DNA of 64,000 nt from an uncultured Candidatus Binatia bacterium (GTDB taxonomy: Bacteria > Desulfobacterota > Binatia > UBA9968 > JAJDTQ01): positions 960,001 through 1,024,000 of the forward strand of contig OZ243916.1 in NCBI GenBank assembly GCA_965213675.1, in the 5' to 3' direction. Under the pieces are notes generated by a model. The model was not told where the DNA came from, ran no database searches, and saw nothing but the letters and a program-made list of their open reading frames with translations. The translations under genes and the position numbers were made by a program. Positions 1-9,792 of the stretch are shown here, piece after piece. Positions within the stretch are counted from its first letter, which is position 1. Each line of letters starts with the position of its first letter.

Positions 1-1118
1 AACTGGGCATGCACCAGACCGGCCACAACAGCGGCGTGCTCCATTCGGGCATCTACTACAGGCCTGGATCGGTGAAGGCGCGCACTTGCGTGGCGGGGAA
101 GAAGGCGTTGCTGGAGTTCTGCGACGAGCACGGCATCCATTACGACCTGTGCGGCAAGGTCATCGTCGCGACCCGCCCGGAGGAATTGCCGCGCCTGGAT
201 GAGTTGAACCGGCGCGCCGAGGCCAACGGCGTCGAGGGCGTGCGCATGATCGGACCGGAGGAGTTGCGGGAGATCGAGCCCCACTGCACGGGCCTCAAGG
301 CGCTGCACGCTCCGTTCACCGGCATCATCGACTTCGGCGACGTAGCGCGCGCCTATGCACGGCTGTTCGAGGGGGCCGGGGGCGCCATCCGCACCTCCTG
401 CGAAGTGACCGGCATGACCCGGTCGGGCAACGGGTTCGTCATCGAGACTTCCCGGGACGTGCTGGAGACACGCACGCTTATCAATTGCGCGGGGCTCTTC
501 GTCGACCGGGTGGCCGCCATGACGCCGGGGTTCGCGGAAAGCGTGAGGGACGGCATCGAGGAGCCGGTGCGCATCGTTCCGTTCCGGGGCGAGTACCACC
601 GGCTCAAGCCCGACAAGCAGGGATTCATCAAGGGGCTCGTGTACCCGGTGCCCGATCCCCAGTTTCCCTTCCTCGGGGTTCATTTCACGCCCACGGTCCA
701 CGGCCAGGTGGAGGTGGGTCCCAACGCGGTGCTGGCCTTTGCGCGCCAGGGCTACCGCCAGAGCGACGTCAACGTGCGGGACCTGTTCCAGGTCTTCACC
801 TACGGCGGGTTCTGGGCCATGGCGCGGAAGCACTGGAAAACCTCGTTGCCGGAGCTGCGCCGATCCTTCGACAAGCGCGCGTTCACCCGCGAGCTTCAGC
901 GCTTGATTCCCACCGTTCAATCGGACGACCTGGTGTACAGCGGCGCGGGGGTGCGCGCCCAGGCGGTATCGGCCAGCGGCAAGCTGGTGGACGACTTCGT
1001 CATCGCCGATTCCGAGGGCGCCGTGCACGTGCTCAACGCGCCCTCCCCCGGCGCCACGTCCTCTCTGGGCATCGCCGACACCATATGCCGCGCCGCGTCG
1101 CAGCACTTGGCATCGTGA
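1..1118 (+). CDS. lhgO: L-2-hydroxyglutarate oxidase / FAD-dependent oxidoreductase (5' truncated by window edge)
   Basis: HQTGHNSGVLHSGIYYRPGSVKA, YPVPDPQFPFLGVHFT and C-terminal HVLNAPSPGATSSL motifs of LhgO; frame is open to the window start. Confidence 0.9.
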   Translation, partial: LGMHQTGHNSGVLHSGIYYRPGSVKARTCVAGKKALLEFCDEHGIHYDLCGKVIVATRPEELPRLDELNRRAEANGVEGVRMIGPEELREIEPHCTGLKALHAPFTGIIDFGDVARAYARLFEGAGGAIRTSCEVTGMTRSGNGFVIETSRDVLETRTLINCAGLFVDRVAAMTPGFAESVRDGIEEPVRIVPFRGEYHRLKPDKQGFIKGLVYPVPDPQFPFLGVHFTPTVHGQVEVGPNAVLAFARQGYRQSDVNVRDLFQVFTYGGFWAMARKHWKTSLPELRRSFDKRAFTRELQRLIPTVQSDDLVYSGAGVRAQAVSASGKLVDDFVIADSEGAVHVLNAPSPGATSSLGIADTICRAASQHLAS

Positions 1119-1251
1119 AATCCCGCAAGAATCATCCTCGAACGACCCAGCGATGACCCATGGGGACGCGGGTTCCGACAATTGGACGGTCGCAGGCCCC
1201 GTTGCTCGGGAACTCGCTGAGCCGAAACACATCCAACCCAAGGAGACAGCC

Positions 1252-1779
1252 ATGCTCATCCAGTACAAGGGGCAGCGCCCCAAGGTTTCGCCGGAGGCGT
1301 TCATCGCTCCCACGGCCGTGTTGATCGGCGACGTCACCGTGGAAGCCGGAGCCAGCATCTGGTTCGGCGCCGTGCTCCGCTCCGACGAGAACCAGAACCC
1401 CATCGTCATCGGCGCCAGAACCAGCATCCAGGACAACTGCGTCCTCCATTCCGGCGAAGGCGCGGTCCTCATCCACGAGGACGTGACCGTGGGGCACGCC
1501 GCCATCATGGAAGGCGCCACCATCCGGCGCTCCGCCATCATCGGCATGAACTCGACCCTGCTGGAGGACACGGAGATCGGCGAGGAGTCGCTCATCGCCG
1601 CCGGCAGCGTGGTGGTGCCGCACACGCGCATCCCGCCGCGCTGCCTGGCGGCCGGCACCCCGGCCAAGGTCAAGAAGGAGATCAGCGGCGAGGCCTTGAA
1701 CTGGATCAAGATGGGCTCGGCCACCTACACGGAACTGTGCCGGAGCTACCTGGGGGGCGACTACAGGGTCGTCGGCTGA
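1252..1779 (+). CDS. gamma-carbonic anhydrase family (hexapeptide repeat) protein
   Basis: AGGAG RBS before ATG 1252; FIAPTAVLIGDV, SIWFGAVLR, IQDNCVLH, TVGH motifs. Confidence 0.9.
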   Translation: MLIQYKGQRPKVSPEAFIAPTAVLIGDVTVEAGASIWFGAVLRSDENQNPIVIGARTSIQDNCVLHSGEGAVLIHEDVTVGHAAIMEGATIRRSAIIGMNSTLLEDTEIGEESLIAAGSVVVPHTRIPPRCLAAGTPAKVKKEISGEALNWIKMGSATYTELCRSYLGGDYRVVG

Positions 1780-1901
1780 CGTTTCGAAACCCACCGGCCT
1801 TGCCCAGGACCATCCCGCGCCGCCGATTCCCACGGAAATCGGAGGTCCGGGCGCCGCCTTGTTGACGGAACGAGGCTTCCGCCCCACGGGAGCGCCTGAT
1901 G

Positions 1902-2723
1902 CTACCGCTGGCACCGGGGACAGTAGAACACCCCGCGGTTGCCCAGCCCAATGCGTTTGATGGGCGTCGCGCAGGCGTGGCAGGGAGCGCCCTTGCGGTC
2001 GTAGACCCGCAGGCGCCACTGGAAGCCGCCGCGATGATCGTTGCCGTCGCGGTAGTCGGACACGGAACTGCCACGCCAGCGGATGGCCTCGCGCAGCAGC
2101 GCGGGAATGGCGCGCACGAGTTCCTCGGTGAGCGCCCGCGAGACGCGATTTCCCCGGCGGGTGGGTCGTACCCGCGTGCGGTGGAGCACCTCGTTGATGT
2201 AGATGTTGCCGAGGCCGCAAACGATGCGTTGATCCAGCAACAAGTCGCGCACGGTGCGACGCGAGCGGTGCAGCAACGGGTAAAGGTAGTCGGCGGTGAA
2301 GCCCCGCTCCAGGGGGTCCATTCCGAGGCTCGCCAGAGGGGGCCACGCGGCGACCGCTCCTTCCGGCAGAACCACGCACATGCCGAAACGGCGCGGGTCG
2401 TGGTATCGCAGTTCGCCCCCGTCACTCAGCCCGAAAACGATGTGATCGTGCTTCTCCAGCGACGCGCCACGCGGCCGGAACACCAGCTTTCCCGACATTC
2501 CAAGATGGGATACCCAGATCCAGCCGCGGTCCAGCGTCACCAGGATGTACTTGCCGCGCCGGTTCACCGCCACCACCCGCCGGCCTTCCAACCGGGAAGC
2601 GAAATCCGCGGCCACTCGCCGCCGCAGGCGCTCTTCGATGACCCGAACCTCGAGGATGCGCACGCCGTCGAGCCGCTGGTGCAGGGTACGGCAGACGGTC
2701 TCCACCTCGGGCAACTCAGGCAT
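1902..2723 (-). CDS. mutM: formamidopyrimidine-DNA glycosylase (Fpg)
   Basis: N-terminal MPELPEVET, RRGKY, HLGMSG, GLGNIY, C-terminal zinc finger CHAC...CPRCQ. Confidence 0.97.
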   Translation of the reverse strand: MPELPEVETVCRTLHQRLDGVRILEVRVIEERLRRRVAADFASRLEGRRVVAVNRRGKYILVTLDRGWIWVSHLGMSGKLVFRPRGASLEKHDHIVFGLSDGGELRYHDPRRFGMCVVLPEGAVAAWPPLASLGMDPLERGFTADYLYPLLHRSRRTVRDLLLDQRIVCGLGNIYINEVLHRTRVRPTRRGNRVSRALTEELVRAIPALLREAIRWRGSSVSDYRDGNDHRGGFQWRLRVYDRKGAPCHACATPIKRIGLGNRGVFYCPRCQR

Positions 2724-2837
2724 GGCCTCTGGTCCTCTCCGTGGTCCGCCTGCAAGCGACGACGCCGCCCCGGGCGGCGCGGACGCATCGCCGGGTTCGC
2801 GCGCCAGCGAGCCGCCGCAACCAGATGCGATCCTTGT

Positions 2838-3677
2838 TCAACGAACCGTTTCCTTCATGTCGCGAAAGGCCTTGGCCAGCCGCCCGAACTCGTGCAGGTC
2901 CAGCGTCTCGGCGCGCCTCCGGGAGTCGATGCCGGCCTCCACGAAGATCGTCCCGGCCGCGCTCCCGAACAGGCCCGCGAGTGCGTTGCCCAGCATCTTC
3001 CGTCTCTGACCGAAGCCGGCCCGAACCACCGCGCGCAAACCCGGCACCTCCGCCGGGGGAAGCGCCGGTGGGTCCAGCAACTCGATGCGCAGTAGCGTGG
3101 AATCGACCTTGGGCCTGGGCGTGAACGCCTCGGACGCCACCGCCACCTTTTCAGTCACGCGACCGTAAAGCTGCGACCACACCGAAAGCGCGCCGTAGGA
3201 GGGCGTGCCCGGCGCGGCGGTCAAGCGGCGCGCCACTTCCTTTTGCAACATCACCACGAGAAGCGAGAAACGCCGCCCTTCTTCGAACAATCGCAGCAAC
3301 ACCGGCGCGGCCACGCTATAAGGGAGGTTGGCCACTACCTTGACCCTGCCGCCGGGCAGAAAGCCGTCAAAGTCGGTCTCCAGGATGTCGCCGTGCAGCA
3401 AGTGAAAGCCCGGGCGCGTGCCTAGCGGGCCGTCGTCCAGCCAGCGCACCAGAAGAGGGTCCACTTCCACCGCCCACACTTGCCGCTCCGCCCCCACCAG
3501 GCGTCGCGTGACGAAACCCAGTCCGGGGCCCACCTCAAGAATGCGGTCCCGTTCGCCGGGTTGCACGAGCCGCAGGATGGCGTCGATGACGCGCTCGTGA
3601 ACGAGAAAGTTCTGGCCCCGCGCCTTGCTGGGAGTGAACCCCAACTCCCGCGAGGCGGCTCTGGCTTCCTGATACAA
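2838..3677 (-). CDS. rsmA: 16S rRNA A1518/A1519 dimethyltransferase
   Basis: GQNFL, EVGPGLG, ANLPY, MLQKEVA, PRPKVDS, QRRKML motifs; TTG start. Confidence 0.96.
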   Translation of the reverse strand: MYQEARAASRELGFTPSKARGQNFLVHERVIDAILRLVQPGERDRILEVGPGLGFVTRRLVGAERQVWAVEVDPLLVRWLDDGPLGTRPGFHLLHGDILETDFDGFLPGGRVKVVANLPYSVAAPVLLRLFEEGRRFSLLVVMLQKEVARRLTAAPGTPSYGALSVWSQLYGRVTEKVAVASEAFTPRPKVDSTLLRIELLDPPALPPAEVPGLRAVVRAGFGQRRKMLGNALAGLFGSAAGTIFVEAGIDSRRRAETLDLHEFGRLAKAFRDMKETVR

Positions 3678-3696
3678 CGTCGCGATGGAGATGTCC

Positions 3697-4692
3697 TCAG
3701 AGGATCAGGGCCGGGTCGGCGTTGAGGCGGGGGCCGTCGCGGCGGCCGCCGGCCAACCGATGGCTGCCCACCAGCGCCACCATGGCGCCGTTGTCGGTGC
3801 AGAAGCGCAGGGCGGGGTAGTACAGCTCGGCGCCGATCTCCCGAACTTTCTCGGTCATCTTGCCGCGCAGCCGGCTGTTGGCGGACACGCCGCCGCCCAG
3901 CACGACGCGGCGGATGCCGGTTTCGCCCACCGCTCTCAGGGTGGGCGCGATGAGCATGTCCACCGCGGCTTCCTGAAAGCTCGCCGCGATGTCCGCCATC
4001 TCGTCGCGCCAGTGGTCCTTCCGCTTGCGCGTCAAATAGTGCCACACGGAGGTCTTGAGGCCGCTGAAGCTGAAATCGTAGGGCGTGCGCAGGCGCGCGC
4101 GGGGAAAGGCCACCGCCCGTGGGTCGCCCTGCCCGGCGAGCTCATCGATGACCCTGCCGCCGGGGAACCCGAGGCCCATCATTTTGGCTACTTTATCGTA
4201 GGCCTCCCCGGCGGCGTCGTCCAGGGTGCCGCCGAGATGCTCGTACTCGCCGAACGCGCGCACGACGTAGAGCAACGTATGCCCTCCGGAGGCCACCAGC
4301 GCGAGATAGGGAAAGCCCACTTCCTCCTCCAGGAATATGGACATCACGTGCGCTTCCAGGTGGTTGACCCCGACGTAGGGAATACCCGAGCGGAAGGACC
4401 ACGCCTTCACGAACGACAGGCCCACCAGCAGGGAACCGGTGAGCCCGGGGCCGCAGGTGACGGCGAGGCCATCGATGTCCTCGGGCGCGACGCCGGCCTG
4501 GGTGAGCGCCTTGTCCACCATCGGCTGAATCGCGTGGATGTGCTGGCGCGAGGCCATCTCCGGGACGATGCCGCCATAGGGCGCGTGCACCGCGTCCTGG
4601 GACGATACCAGATTGGCCCGCACCGCCCTGCCGTCTTCGAGCACGGCTGCCGCCGTGTCATCGCACGATGTCTCAACGCCCAGTACGATCAC
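3697..4692 (-). CDS. tsaD: tRNA N6-threonylcarbamoyladenosine synthesis protein TsaD
   Basis: GVETSCDDT, HLEAH, SGGHT, DDAAGEAYDK, SFSGLK, CTDNGAM. Confidence 0.97.
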   Translation of the reverse strand: MIVLGVETSCDDTAAAVLEDGRAVRANLVSSQDAVHAPYGGIVPEMASRQHIHAIQPMVDKALTQAGVAPEDIDGLAVTCGPGLTGSLLVGLSFVKAWSFRSGIPYVGVNHLEAHVMSIFLEEEVGFPYLALVASGGHTLLYVVRAFGEYEHLGGTLDDAAGEAYDKVAKMMGLGFPGGRVIDELAGQGDPRAVAFPRARLRTPYDFSFSGLKTSVWHYLTRKRKDHWRDEMADIAASFQEAAVDMLIAPTLRAVGETGIRRVVLGGGVSANSRLRGKMTEKVREIGAELYYPALRFCTDNGAMVALVGSHRLAGGRRDGPRLNADPALIL

Positions 4693-4786
4693 GATGAAAC
4701 CTCCATGAATTCCGCGAGCGTTCGGTCCGCCTGCCTGTTCCGGACCGTGCCCGGCGCTCCAGCGTCCGACGGTTTCCTTCGACAGC

Positions 4787-5389
4787 CTACCATGACGACG
4801 CCTTGGAGCGTTGCCGTGCCCACTGGAGCCCGCGATGCGCCGGCGGGTCCGCGGGGTCCAGGGACAGCGCCTTGCGGTAGGCGGCCTGTGCGCGACCGAA
4901 ACGTCCCAAGGCCCGCAGGTTGTCGCCGCGCAGGACCAGAGTCCGCACGAGCCAGGGGCGGCTCGATCCCGGCACGGCCTCCGCCACCTCCAGAAAGTCC
5001 AGTGAAGCCGTGAAGTTTCCCAACCGGTAGTGGCTCAGCGCGATGTAGTAGTGCGCGTACGGATTGGAGCCGTCCACGGAGAGACTCTTCTCCAACTCCG
5101 TCAAGGCCAGGGTGTACTGGCCGGACCGGAGCAGTTGCCGCGCGTGTTCCGTCCGACTTACGGAAGCCACCCGCCGTGGCGTCGAACCCCGTTGCATGGG
5201 CAACTCGGAGCGTTGGGCGCCCGCGTCCGGGGGCAGTACCGTTGAACCGCTGGCTCCCGAGCCGGGCTTCGCCAGTGCCAGCGGGCGCTCCGCACCGCTC
5301 GAAGGAACGCGTCTCGCGGGGGTTCCGCAGCCCGACAGCAGCACGGCGAGGGACAGCCAGGCGAACCCGTGAAGCCAACGCGAGGTCAT
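4787..5389 (-). CDS. TPR-repeat lipoprotein (LpoP-like candidate)
   Basis: Signal peptide with lipobox LLSGC, low-complexity linker, three TPR-like helical repeats; immediately downstream of PBP1B. Confidence 0.7.
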   Translation of the reverse strand: MTSRWLHGFAWLSLAVLLSGCGTPARRVPSSGAERPLALAKPGSGASGSTVLPPDAGAQRSELPMQRGSTPRRVASVSRTEHARQLLRSGQYTLALTELEKSLSVDGSNPYAHYYIALSHYRLGNFTASLDFLEVAEAVPGSSRPWLVRTLVLRGDNLRALGRFGRAQAAYRKALSLDPADPPAHRGLQWARQRSKASSW

Positions 5390-5417
5390 GGACCGGGATG
5401 CTCCGCTCGACCCGTCG

Positions 5418-7673
5418 TCACCGGGACGCCGCCAGCGCGTTCCCGCCCGCGCCGGAAACCGCCCCGGAACGCCGGGGCGGACCTTTGGCCGAGACCCCGG
5501 GAGGAGCGCGGAAGTCCGTGAACGGCACACGGCTGGTGGCCTGTTTCATGAACGCCGTCCAGATCGGCAGGGCCGCGCTGGAGCCGGACAGTCCCAGTTC
5601 CGACTGCCGGTCGAAGCCGACCCAGACCAGCGCCAGCAGGTCCGGCGTGTATCCGGCGAACCACGCGTCGCGCGAGTCGTTGGTGGTGCCGGTCTTCCCC
5701 GCTGCCGGACGGGTGAAGCCCAGCGCGCGCACACGTTGGGCAGTGCCCCGCTCGACCACACCCCGGAGCATCTCGTGCATGTCGAACGCCACCCGCGGCG
5801 ACAGGACGCGCTTCACCCGGATATTGCGCTTCTCCAGCACATCGCCTTCACGCTCCAGCACGTTCTTGATGGAGAGCAGATGGGTGCGCACGCCGTTGTT
5901 CGCCAGCGCCGAATAGGCGCCGGCCAACTCCAGAGGCGTCACTTCCACGGCGCCCAGCGACAACGACGGCAGCAACGGCAGACGGCTCTGAATGCCCATC
6001 CGGTAGGCCATCTCGCGCACCTTCTTGATGCCCACGTCCTGAGCGATGCGGGCCGTGGCGGCGTTGAGAGACTTCTCCATGGCCTCACGCAGGGTCACCC
6101 AACCCTCGTAGGAACGGTTGTAGTTCTGCGGCGTCCACTCATCCGCGCCATAGCTCCACGTGAACGGCGTGTCCTCCACGTACGTCGTGCTGTCATAGGA
6201 ACCCGAGCCCTGCGCCGATCCGTGCGTGAGCGCCGCCAGAAAGACGAAGGGCTTGAAGACAGAGCCCGGTTGACGCTTGGCTTGCGCCACTCGGTTGAAT
6301 TGGGACTTGCCGTAATCGCGCCCGCCCACCATGGCCTTGATCTCGCCTGTCTGCGGCTTGATCACCACCATGGCGCCTTCGAGATCGTCCTGCCTGGCGG
6401 TCTTTCTGAGATGGCCGTAATTCTTCTCAAGCGTGGTCAGGCCTTCGGACAGAGCCTTCTCCGCCGCCCGCTGAAGCTCCAGGTCGAGACTCGTGAAGAT
6501 GCGCAGGCCCTCGGCGGTCAGCGTGTCCTCGCTGTAGTGCTCAGCCAGTTCGTTCTTGACGTAGTCGGTGAAGTAAGGCGCGCTGTTGGTCAATCGAACG
6601 GGCGCGCGCTTCTGGAAAACCTCCTGAAGGGCGTTCTCGTAGGCGCGGCGCGTGATGATGCCGTCGCTCACCAACTTGGCCAGCACGACGTTGCGCCGCC
6701 GGTTGGCGTCTTCCACGCTCCGGTAGGGAGAGTAGCGATTGGGGGCGCGGATCAATCCGGCCAGCAGCGCGGTCTCGCCCACGGTGAGCTGCTCCGGCTC
6801 CTTGACGAAGTAGAACCGCGCCGCCTCCCAGATGCCGAAGATGCCCTGGGCGCCATTCTGGCCGAGATAGATCTCGTTGAGGTAGTTCTCCAGAATCTGG
6901 TCCTTGGTGTACATCCACTCCGTGACGAGCGCCATCAGCGCTTCCTTGACCTTGCGCTCGAGGGTGCGCTTGCTGTCCAGGAAGAAGTTCTTCATCAACT
7001 GCTGGGTCAGCGTGCTGCCTCCCTGCACCACGCCGCCGCGGCGCACGTTGGCCAGGAAGGCGCGCATCACCGCCACCGGGTCCACGCCTCTGTGGTAATA
7101 GAAACGCTCGTCCTCCACCGCCAGCACCGTCTTCCGCACCCGCGCCGGCACCTCGTCCAGGCGCACCACCCGCCGTTGTTCCCGCACCCGGTCGTAGAAG
7201 CCGGTCACCACTTCGGGTTCCAGCTCGAGGGAGGGCAACACGTCGTTGTTATCCAGCCGCTGAATGCGGTGGATGGTGCCGGACTTGAGGGAAATGCGCA
7301 CGGGGAAGCCGCGAAAATCGCGCAGCGGGTAGCGGAAGTCGTGCAGATAAATCTCGATGCCAGCATCCTTGCCGAGAATCCGATACTCACCCTTGTCGCG
7401 GGGCCGGGCCTTGGAGATACGATAGCCCAGCCGGCGCAGCTTCTCGCGCATCCCAGCCACGGAGATATACATGCCCGGATAGATGATCTTGCTGTCGGCG
7501 TAGATCTTGGACGGGAACTCCCACTTGCGGCCCTCGAACTTGGCCTTGACCACGTCGCTCAAATGCGACACATACCAGGCGCCCAGCCCGGCCCCGGCCA
7601 GACCCAGCAATACGGACAGCACCGCCAGGATCTTGAGCAGGCGAATGAGAAATCGCTTGAGGCGGCGCTTCAT
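5418..7673 (-). CDS. mrcB: class A penicillin-binding protein PBP1B (transglycosylase/transpeptidase)
   Basis: N-terminal TM, UB2H-like segment, EDERFYYHRG, GGSTLTQQLMKN, RQPGSVFKP (SxxK), SLN, KTGTT. Confidence 0.9.
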   Translation of the reverse strand: MKRRLKRFLIRLLKILAVLSVLLGLAGAGLGAWYVSHLSDVVKAKFEGRKWEFPSKIYADSKIIYPGMYISVAGMREKLRRLGYRISKARPRDKGEYRILGKDAGIEIYLHDFRYPLRDFRGFPVRISLKSGTIHRIQRLDNNDVLPSLELEPEVVTGFYDRVREQRRVVRLDEVPARVRKTVLAVEDERFYYHRGVDPVAVMRAFLANVRRGGVVQGGSTLTQQLMKNFFLDSKRTLERKVKEALMALVTEWMYTKDQILENYLNEIYLGQNGAQGIFGIWEAARFYFVKEPEQLTVGETALLAGLIRAPNRYSPYRSVEDANRRRNVVLAKLVSDGIITRRAYENALQEVFQKRAPVRLTNSAPYFTDYVKNELAEHYSEDTLTAEGLRIFTSLDLELQRAAEKALSEGLTTLEKNYGHLRKTARQDDLEGAMVVIKPQTGEIKAMVGGRDYGKSQFNRVAQAKRQPGSVFKPFVFLAALTHGSAQGSGSYDSTTYVEDTPFTWSYGADEWTPQNYNRSYEGWVTLREAMEKSLNAATARIAQDVGIKKVREMAYRMGIQSRLPLLPSLSLGAVEVTPLELAGAYSALANNGVRTHLLSIKNVLEREGDVLEKRNIRVKRVLSPRVAFDMHEMLRGVVERGTAQRVRALGFTRPAAGKTGTTNDSRDAWFAGYTPDLLALVWVGFDRQSELGLSGSSAALPIWTAFMKQATSRVPFTDFRAPPGVSAKGPPRRSGAVSGAGGNALAASR

Positions 7674-7685
7674 GAGTGGCGTTCT

Positions 7686-9083
7686 TCAGCGAGGAAGGCG
7701 CAACGCCAGGAACAGCGTTGTATCCTCGCGCCGCACCAGCAACAGGATGCCGGTTCCCTCGTCCAGACCGGCCACCACCCGCCGGAAGTCCCGTACGCTG
7801 CCGATGCGCTCGCGATCGATCTCCAGAATGATGTCCCCCACTTGTATGCCCGCGGTCTCCGCTGGACTGCGCGATGCCACAGCGGTCACCACCACCCCCT
7901 CGCGGCGGCGGGCGCCGGGGCTGAACCGCGCCTGCGCATCTCTCACCGTGAGGCCGAGATCGTTGCCGTCCTCCAGCGCCGCGACTACTTCGTCGTCCCC
8001 CAGCTTCGCCACCGTCACGCGCAACGCCGCCGGCTGGCCGTCACGCTGGATCACCACGTCCACGGCCTTCCCCACCGGGGTGCGGGCTACCATCAGCGGC
8101 AGCTCGCTGGAAGCGTTCACCGGGGAGCCGTCGAAACGGACGATGACGTCACCCACCTGCATTCCGGCGGCTTCGGCCGGGCTCCCTTGCGACACGTTGG
8201 TGACCAGCGCCCCCGCGGCCTTCTCCATGCCCAACGCCTCGGCCATGTCGGCGTTGACCTCCTGGATGACCACCCCCAGCCAGCCTCGGGTAACCTTGCC
8301 CTCATCCCTGAGTTGGGACAGCAGTGGCTTCACGAGGTTGATGGGTATCGCGAAGCCGATTCCGATGTTGCCCCCGCCCCGGCTGAAGATCGCGGTATTG
8401 ACCCCCACCACCTCGCCGCGCAGGTTCATGAGCGGCCCGCCCGAATTGCCCGGGTTGATGGACGCATCGGTCTGAATAAAATTGTCGTAGGGGCCCGCGC
8501 CGATGCGCCGGCCCTTGGCGCTGACGATCCCCGAAGTCACGGTGTGTTCGAGGCCGAAGGGATTGCCGATGGCCAGCACCCACTCGCCCACCTCGAGAGC
8601 TGCCGAATCTCCCAGCCGGGCCACCGGCAGTTCACGCCCGGTCTCGATCTTCACGAGCGCGATGTCGGTCTTGGGGTCGCGTCCGGCGACGCGCGCCCGA
8701 TGCTCCGATCCGTCCGCGAGCTTCACCGTGAGGTCCAGACCGTCCTCGATCACGTGGTCGTTGGTGAGGATGTAGCCCGTGGGATCCACGATGAAACCGG
8801 AACCCACGCTCCGGGACGGTCGCGGTGTGGGGCTTTGCGGCATGCGCTCGCCGAAAAAACGTCGCCAGAAGTCGCTGAAGGGATCGTCTTCCCGGAACGC
8901 GCTGGAACTCGACGCCGCCGACGCGGAGATGTGCACCACCATCGGGCGGGCCTCTTTGGAGAGCGTGACGAAGTCCGGCAGGTTGAGCTTGGCGGCCGCA
9001 TGCGACCATCCGGTCCCCAGCAACGCGGCCGCCAGACAGGCCAGGAACCACGTCCGCCTGCGTTTTCGCTGAACGGGCCTCAT
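7686..9083 (-). CDS. DegP/DegQ family periplasmic serine endoprotease with two PDZ domains
   Basis: Signal peptide; GSGFIV, TNDHVI, DIAL, TDASINPGNSGGPL; two PDZ-like C-terminal repeats. Confidence 0.95.
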   Translation of the reverse strand: MRPVQRKRRRTWFLACLAAALLGTGWSHAAAKLNLPDFVTLSKEARPMVVHISASAASSSSAFREDDPFSDFWRRFFGERMPQSPTPRPSRSVGSGFIVDPTGYILTNDHVIEDGLDLTVKLADGSEHRARVAGRDPKTDIALVKIETGRELPVARLGDSAALEVGEWVLAIGNPFGLEHTVTSGIVSAKGRRIGAGPYDNFIQTDASINPGNSGGPLMNLRGEVVGVNTAIFSRGGGNIGIGFAIPINLVKPLLSQLRDEGKVTRGWLGVVIQEVNADMAEALGMEKAAGALVTNVSQGSPAEAAGMQVGDVIVRFDGSPVNASSELPLMVARTPVGKAVDVVIQRDGQPAALRVTVAKLGDDEVVAALEDGNDLGLTVRDAQARFSPGARRREGVVVTAVASRSPAETAGIQVGDIILEIDRERIGSVRDFRRVVAGLDEGTGILLLVRREDTTLFLALRLPR

Positions 9084-9511
9084 GCGTTCCGCACCGCCTC
9101 CACGTAGCGCATCCTGAGATTGTAGAGAATCTCCTGCATCAGCCGTTCCTCGGTCTCGTCGAGATTGCCCTTGCTCTTCTCGTTCAGCATGGCGATGATG
9201 TCGATGGTCTGCTTGGCCACGGCCACGTCCTTCTCCACCTGACCCGTCGCCGGATCGCCGATTTCGCCGAGCTGCATCAGCGCCTGGGTGCTCAGGCTCA
9301 TGATGAAGGTGGAGAAATCGATGGGCGGGAAGTCCCGCGTGGCGGACGCTTCCGGTGGCGGTTCCCCATGCGTTTCCGCCGTTGCTGCCGGCGCATCCCC
9401 GGCCAAGGCCTCGTCACGGCCTGCCTGTGGTTCACGCGCCTCGCCCTCGTCGGTGAACCGGCGCTTGTCGTGAACCTTGAACCCTTTCTGCGTATCGGAT
9501 TCCTCCGCCAT
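9080..9511 (-). CDS. DUF1844 domain protein
   Basis: GGAG RBS; FKVHDKRRF, DFSTFIMSLSTQALMQLG, AKQTIDIIAML..KSKGNL..E..L..LRMRYV; stop overlaps degQ start (ATGA). Confidence 0.85.
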   Translation of the reverse strand: MAEESDTQKGFKVHDKRRFTDEGEAREPQAGRDEALAGDAPAATAETHGEPPPEASATRDFPPIDFSTFIMSLSTQALMQLGEIGDPATGQVEKDVAVAKQTIDIIAMLNEKSKGNLDETEERLMQEILYNLRMRYVEAVRNA

Positions 9512-9624
9512 GAACGCTCCTCCGCGGTGTTTCCTCGGTCGTGCCTGGTCCGGCCTCGTTTGTCCGGCATTTGTCGGGCAAACCCTATTGTCCGGCAGAC
9601 TCGTGCAACGAACCCCTACAATCA

Positions 9625-9653
9625 ATTATTGATGCGCCCATCCGGGGTGTCAA
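9625..9653 (-). promoter_or_regulatory. candidate sigma70 promoter for the DUF1844-degQ-mrcB operon
   Basis: Minus strand TTGACA-17 nt-AATAAT in an AT-richer intergenic patch. Confidence 0.5.
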
Positions 9654-9727
9654 GATGCAACGGCGCCGCCAGGGTCACTCAAAGGCCGCGTCTGCCAGTG
9701 TGTCCGCCAATCCGAGTGGACTTCGCG

Positions 9728-9756
9728 TTGACTTGGCCGGCGCGTCCCCCTATCCT
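9728..9756 (+). promoter_or_regulatory. candidate sigma70 promoter for cysK
   Basis: TTGACT-17 nt-TATCCT, 36 nt upstream of ATG 9793. Confidence 0.55.
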
Positions 9757-9792
9757 GCCTTGATTCCAACTGCACCGCATTCTCACCCCGGC

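Noticed and set aside
5388-9107. 1239-aa plus-strand ORF, and similar long ORFs at 52683-55535, 57020-60922, 32686-35400 and 14646-16439
   Set aside because: Antisense shadows of well-supported genes (mrcB/degQ, glnD, mutS/VWA, Mo-hydroxylase, acyl-CoA ligase), as expected in high-GC DNA; no recognisable motifs.
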